A DNA stretch of 63,998 nucleotides, the filler included, from Reticulomyxa filosa (taxonomy: Eukaryota; Protista; Foraminifera): NCBI GenBank assembly GCA_000512085.1. It is 21 parts of 21 records of this genome, joined end to end, with 100 filler letters (N's around TTAATTAATTAA, not from the genome) between each part and the next. Parts side by side here need not be neighbours in the genome. Positions count along the whole stretch, not along the records: positions 58,204 to 63,998 come from ASPP01020614.1; 20 more parts are not named here. The stretch is one strand, 5' to 3'. Each line of letters begins with the position of its first letter. The stretch's first letter is position 1. The position numbers were made by a program, and so were the translations under genes. The notes beneath the pieces are model-generated. The model ran no database searches and was not told the DNA's origin. It worked only from the letters and a program-made list of their open reading frames with translations. This document shows, one piece after another, positions 60,238-63,998 of the stretch.

Positions 60238-62079
60238 ATTTGTTCATTAGGATATTTTGATTATGTGGACTTTTTTTTCTACCCTTGGCTTGTTTTTTGT
60301 TTCTTATTTTTGTGCTGCAATTGTGCAACCATGTTATTATTGTTTTGTGTTTTTTTTGTTTTTTCTTTGTTTGTTTGATGTTGTTGTAAATGCGATGCAC
60401 TATTTGTCGCTGGTCGACGTATTTGTTTTGAGTAAAAACTTGAAAAAGCATTTGGTTATTACATACTGTTTAAGGCAGCTTATTCTATTAATTTTTTTGT
60501 AGTTATATATTTCTAAAAATTTTGTTAAAACCAAAAAGATACGACATTAATAATAAAAGGAGCTTGTGCATGTGCTTTTTTTGGATTCTTATCTGCTTTG
60601 TTAACTCTAAAAAAAATAAAAAATACATTCTTTATGAAAAGACGAAAGACAGCAAACTCTATTAGCATTAATAGTTGGGAAAATACATTCGTTTTGCGAT
60701 AAGCTGTAAGTGTTGTATAAAAGAAATTGATAAATAATTTTGCGCTGCGTGGCGGGTTTTTAATATCCTTTCATTTTTTTACACTAATTTATATCAATAC
60801 AAATACAAAAATAGAATTCATGTGCAGTATTCTCAGAATTCGTTTATGTTACCACTTCTCAGAATTTCACAAGTTGCAACAATTCATAATCTGGCACTAT
60901 GTCATCTGGTAACTTATGAGCGCAAGTCGTTCCTGTCAAGAGCAAGCCCCAAAGGACTTGGGGACCTTTTTCTAAACATTATCAAATCTTGTTTGTTGTG
61001 AAAATTTTTCTTTATTTTTGTTCTAAAACTTCTCCGTATTACCTTGTATTTGCGTCTACACTTACTTTCAGCGTAGTCCGCTTGTTTTTGTTTCTGAATG
61101 TTTTTTTCAATGACAAAAGATATTTCTTGAAACTACGTTTTTATTGTTTAATAAAACAGGTTTCGACATTGTATGCTCGACCAATACTTGCAAAGAACTG
61201 GAGAATGAAATAAACAAAAAATTTGAAAGGACGAAGAAAAAGAAAATCAATCAACAAAGTGAAACAACAAACGAAAATGAAAACATTGTCAAAGACTTTC
61301 AATTGATTATGTCGTTCAAACAAACTCAAAAATTTTTTTGATATCATTAGGTCATAACATAATCGTTTATGTTAATGATATGTAGAAAACTTGTATATCA
61401 TTTTTCAGAAATTTTACACTTTTTCTTCAATTAAGATGCAAGATATAGAACAAGTAAGTGAATAGAATAAGATTATGCAAAATAATAATTGCAATTATTG
61501 AATTATTACATACTATTTATACTTGCATCTGCAAAAATATTTACATGTATATATGTACATAAAAGCAATTGATAATAAAATAAGAAGTGTAAACTAAGTG
61601 AAAATAATTAAAATTAAACTTAAATATTGCAATTAGATTATGTTAATAGCATATAAATTTCGTTCATCTTGAGACTGATACAATTATGATTGCAATTGTA
61701 TATTTTATGGATATAATATGTGTATTTGAGTGAAATTCACAGACAAAGTTAGCGGATTGATGCAGACGTGACGATATGTCTATTCAACTAAATATAACAT
61801 ATTATTTGCGTAATTCTTGTTACCAAAAGTGTATAAAAGTTTGTGTTGTGTATTGCTTCATATAGACAATGTCAGTCAAGTTTTTTCAATAAGTAGACGT
61901 CGTAAATGAAGGTAATGATTCATTTTGTAGACATAAGTTCGTACAATATCACAAATTGTAGAACTTGGAATTCATTATACCAAATATTTCAGCATTGGTA
62001 GTTTTTTATAGAATAATGTGCAAGTTGTGTCTTTTTTTATTTTAGATTAAATTTTTTTTGTAGCTTTTTTTTTCCTGAG

Positions 62080-63169
62080 TTGCATTTTTTTTTGCTGCGT
62101 TGATTTTGCAATATCTTTTTTTCTTGCTATATTTCTTTCAATTCGATGACGTACCAATCCATTACTGCTCTTTGGATTGCATTAGTAAATTGTGATCCTA
62201 TATTCAGCGTTGCCTTATGTCCAACATCATTTGATGCAGCAAAATGCAACCTAGATTTCTTGCAACTTCAGTACCAAACAGCAAGTACGTCAATGCAATT
62301 AAAAAATTTATTACTGGTGAATGTGATTCAAACTGTTCTTTTCATAAAAGCGCGCGAATTTGTTTGGAAATTTTTGAGTTATCATTTTCAACTTCTTTAT
62401 TTGGGAAATTATTCCTGCATAACCATTAAATAAATCAGCATCATTTCGTGTATAAGAATCGAAGTAAATCTTTTGAGTCTCGTTTACTTGTGTGTTTGCA
62501 AAGATAATACATCTGAAATATATTCATATTTATGTAAACAAAATTTCATTTTTCAATTTTATTTGCTTGACAATTATCTTCACATATAAATAAATACATT
62601 TTGTAACGCATAAACTGATACAAATTGTATTTTTTTTAGTATATACCTTGTCTCTCATTATTCGATTTTCTATATGATATCCTTTCTTGAATCTGTGGTT
62701 TCGTATTCAGTAATAGGCTCTTAATCGAATCACCTTTAATCAACGACAAGCACTCCAAAAATTGTGTAATTTTTTGTTCAGTTCTTGAACAAATTTTTTT
62801 CCAAATTCGTTGGCTGTTTCACTTCTAAAGTGCTGTTTGCACTAGTTATATGCAGCAACGATGAATACATCCTTTATGTTCACTTCCTTTTTTGAAACAT
62901 GATCGCAATAACTCATCGCAATCTTTCCATTCGTTTGTATTGAACATATCGTCCACTATCACAACAGATTGCAATGCCTTTTCAGTTTTCGTGATCATTT
63001 CATATGTTTCATTGTCTACACGAAGACGCTCCGATTTTAGTGCATCAAAATAACCGTTCACTTCTTTTGAATAAAAAACATCGCGAACACGTATGCAATG
63101 TTTTGACAATTTCAGGGACTTTATATTTGTCTGAAGAATCTTACAACTCGTCGTCAAATTCATAGTCAT
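62080..63169 (-). pseudogene. Degenerate multi-exon hypothetical gene
   Basis: ORF 62846..63169 continues past its TAA with protein-like sequence. Further exon-like segments contain stops and frameshifts. Confidence 0.35.
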
Positions 63170-63998
63170 TGTTGCAGTTCGAAGGAGAAATACAAAGTGT
63201 GCTTTGGTCTGATTTTGACATTTTCTAATATGTTCTGGTGAAGAAGCTTTTCAACTTCAAAAAGTTATCTGGCGAAAAGGACTTGCAAAAAGCCAAAAGA
63301 CAAAGAAGACTATACAATGACAAATATCAATAAAAGTTATAAGTTTCTAGATTTTTTAAAAAATTATATGACTTTTCGCAAAAGTTTTTTTTAATGAAAA
63401 AAAGAAACAGTGATAGAATATTTATATACAGAATCAGTTCAAGACACAGACACAAGCACTAGCATTTTAAAGCTGATTGCCAGATCGAAGTATGTCAAAA
63501 ACAAAGTAGCGAGAATCTAGTATCGAGTTGCAACCGAAGCAGCAACAGCTACAGTATGCTGATCCTAAGTCAAAACAGAAATCGATATTAAAGGAGTCAC
63601 AATATATCACAAAGCTAACACTAGATTAGTTTATCATCTGGCTGCAAAATCGTATCAACAACTGACACATTATACAAATATATATTTGATTTATATATTT
63701 TTATTATTATTAATTTGCAAAAAAAGTAATAGATTACTTTTTTTGCAAATTAAATTGATAAAATCAAAAAATTGAATTAAAAAAAGGATAATTTGTAAGT
63801 TATTGGGGCATTAAGTCGGAAATGTGTAATGCATAAAAAATCACAGTAAATCATTGGCAGCAATTGACTGACAATGTCTATTTCAGCAGCAATACAGATA
63901 CGAACTATCGCAACAAGAATATTTACAAAAGACAGCTAACACAACAAATACAGTAGATTACAAAAAAACCGACATACCTAAATGGCACTATATAAAGA

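Noticed and set aside
1-63998. tRNA, rRNA, snRNA genes or CRISPR arrays
   Set aside because: None recognised by eye. A tRNAscan-SE/Infernal run would be needed to exclude divergent ones.

Overview
This window is not one contiguous locus. It holds 21 short contigs joined by an artificial ~100-bp spacer (N-run, TTAATTAATTAA, N-run; stops in all six frames), so adjacency across spacers means nothing. Twenty contigs are very AT-rich eukaryotic DNA with short GT-AG introns, (TA)n and homopolymer tracts, Asn-rich low-complexity proteins and many pseudogenes. This style, with expanded TPR and TRAF-Zn/WD40 families, resembles the foraminiferan Reticulomyxa filosa (inference, not verified). Recognisable eukaryotic genes: NHP2/L7Ae, type II pantothenate kinase, a C2H2 zinc-finger protein, a REX1/REXO5-like exonuclease, an MJ1316-domain protein, a SAP-MATH-BTB protein, a CLASP-like fragment, a class I phosphodiesterase, a PUB+PP2C locus and an ankyrin+DAGKc kinase. 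Pseudogenes include Hsp70, M1 aminopeptidase, TPR and WD40 families. One contig (32994-36734) is bacterial: an IS3-family right end, then manC, an LpxA-like acyltransferase, fdtA and fdtB. It is most likely from a co-sequenced bacterium. I found no confirmed multi-gene novel system. The best leads are the unusual domain fusions (PUB-PP2C, SAP-MATH-BTB, MJ1316 plus an unknown domain), introns with poly-A acceptors, and a stop-riddled but indel-free reading frame. Many apparent frameshifts sit in homopolymers and are probably sequencing errors.
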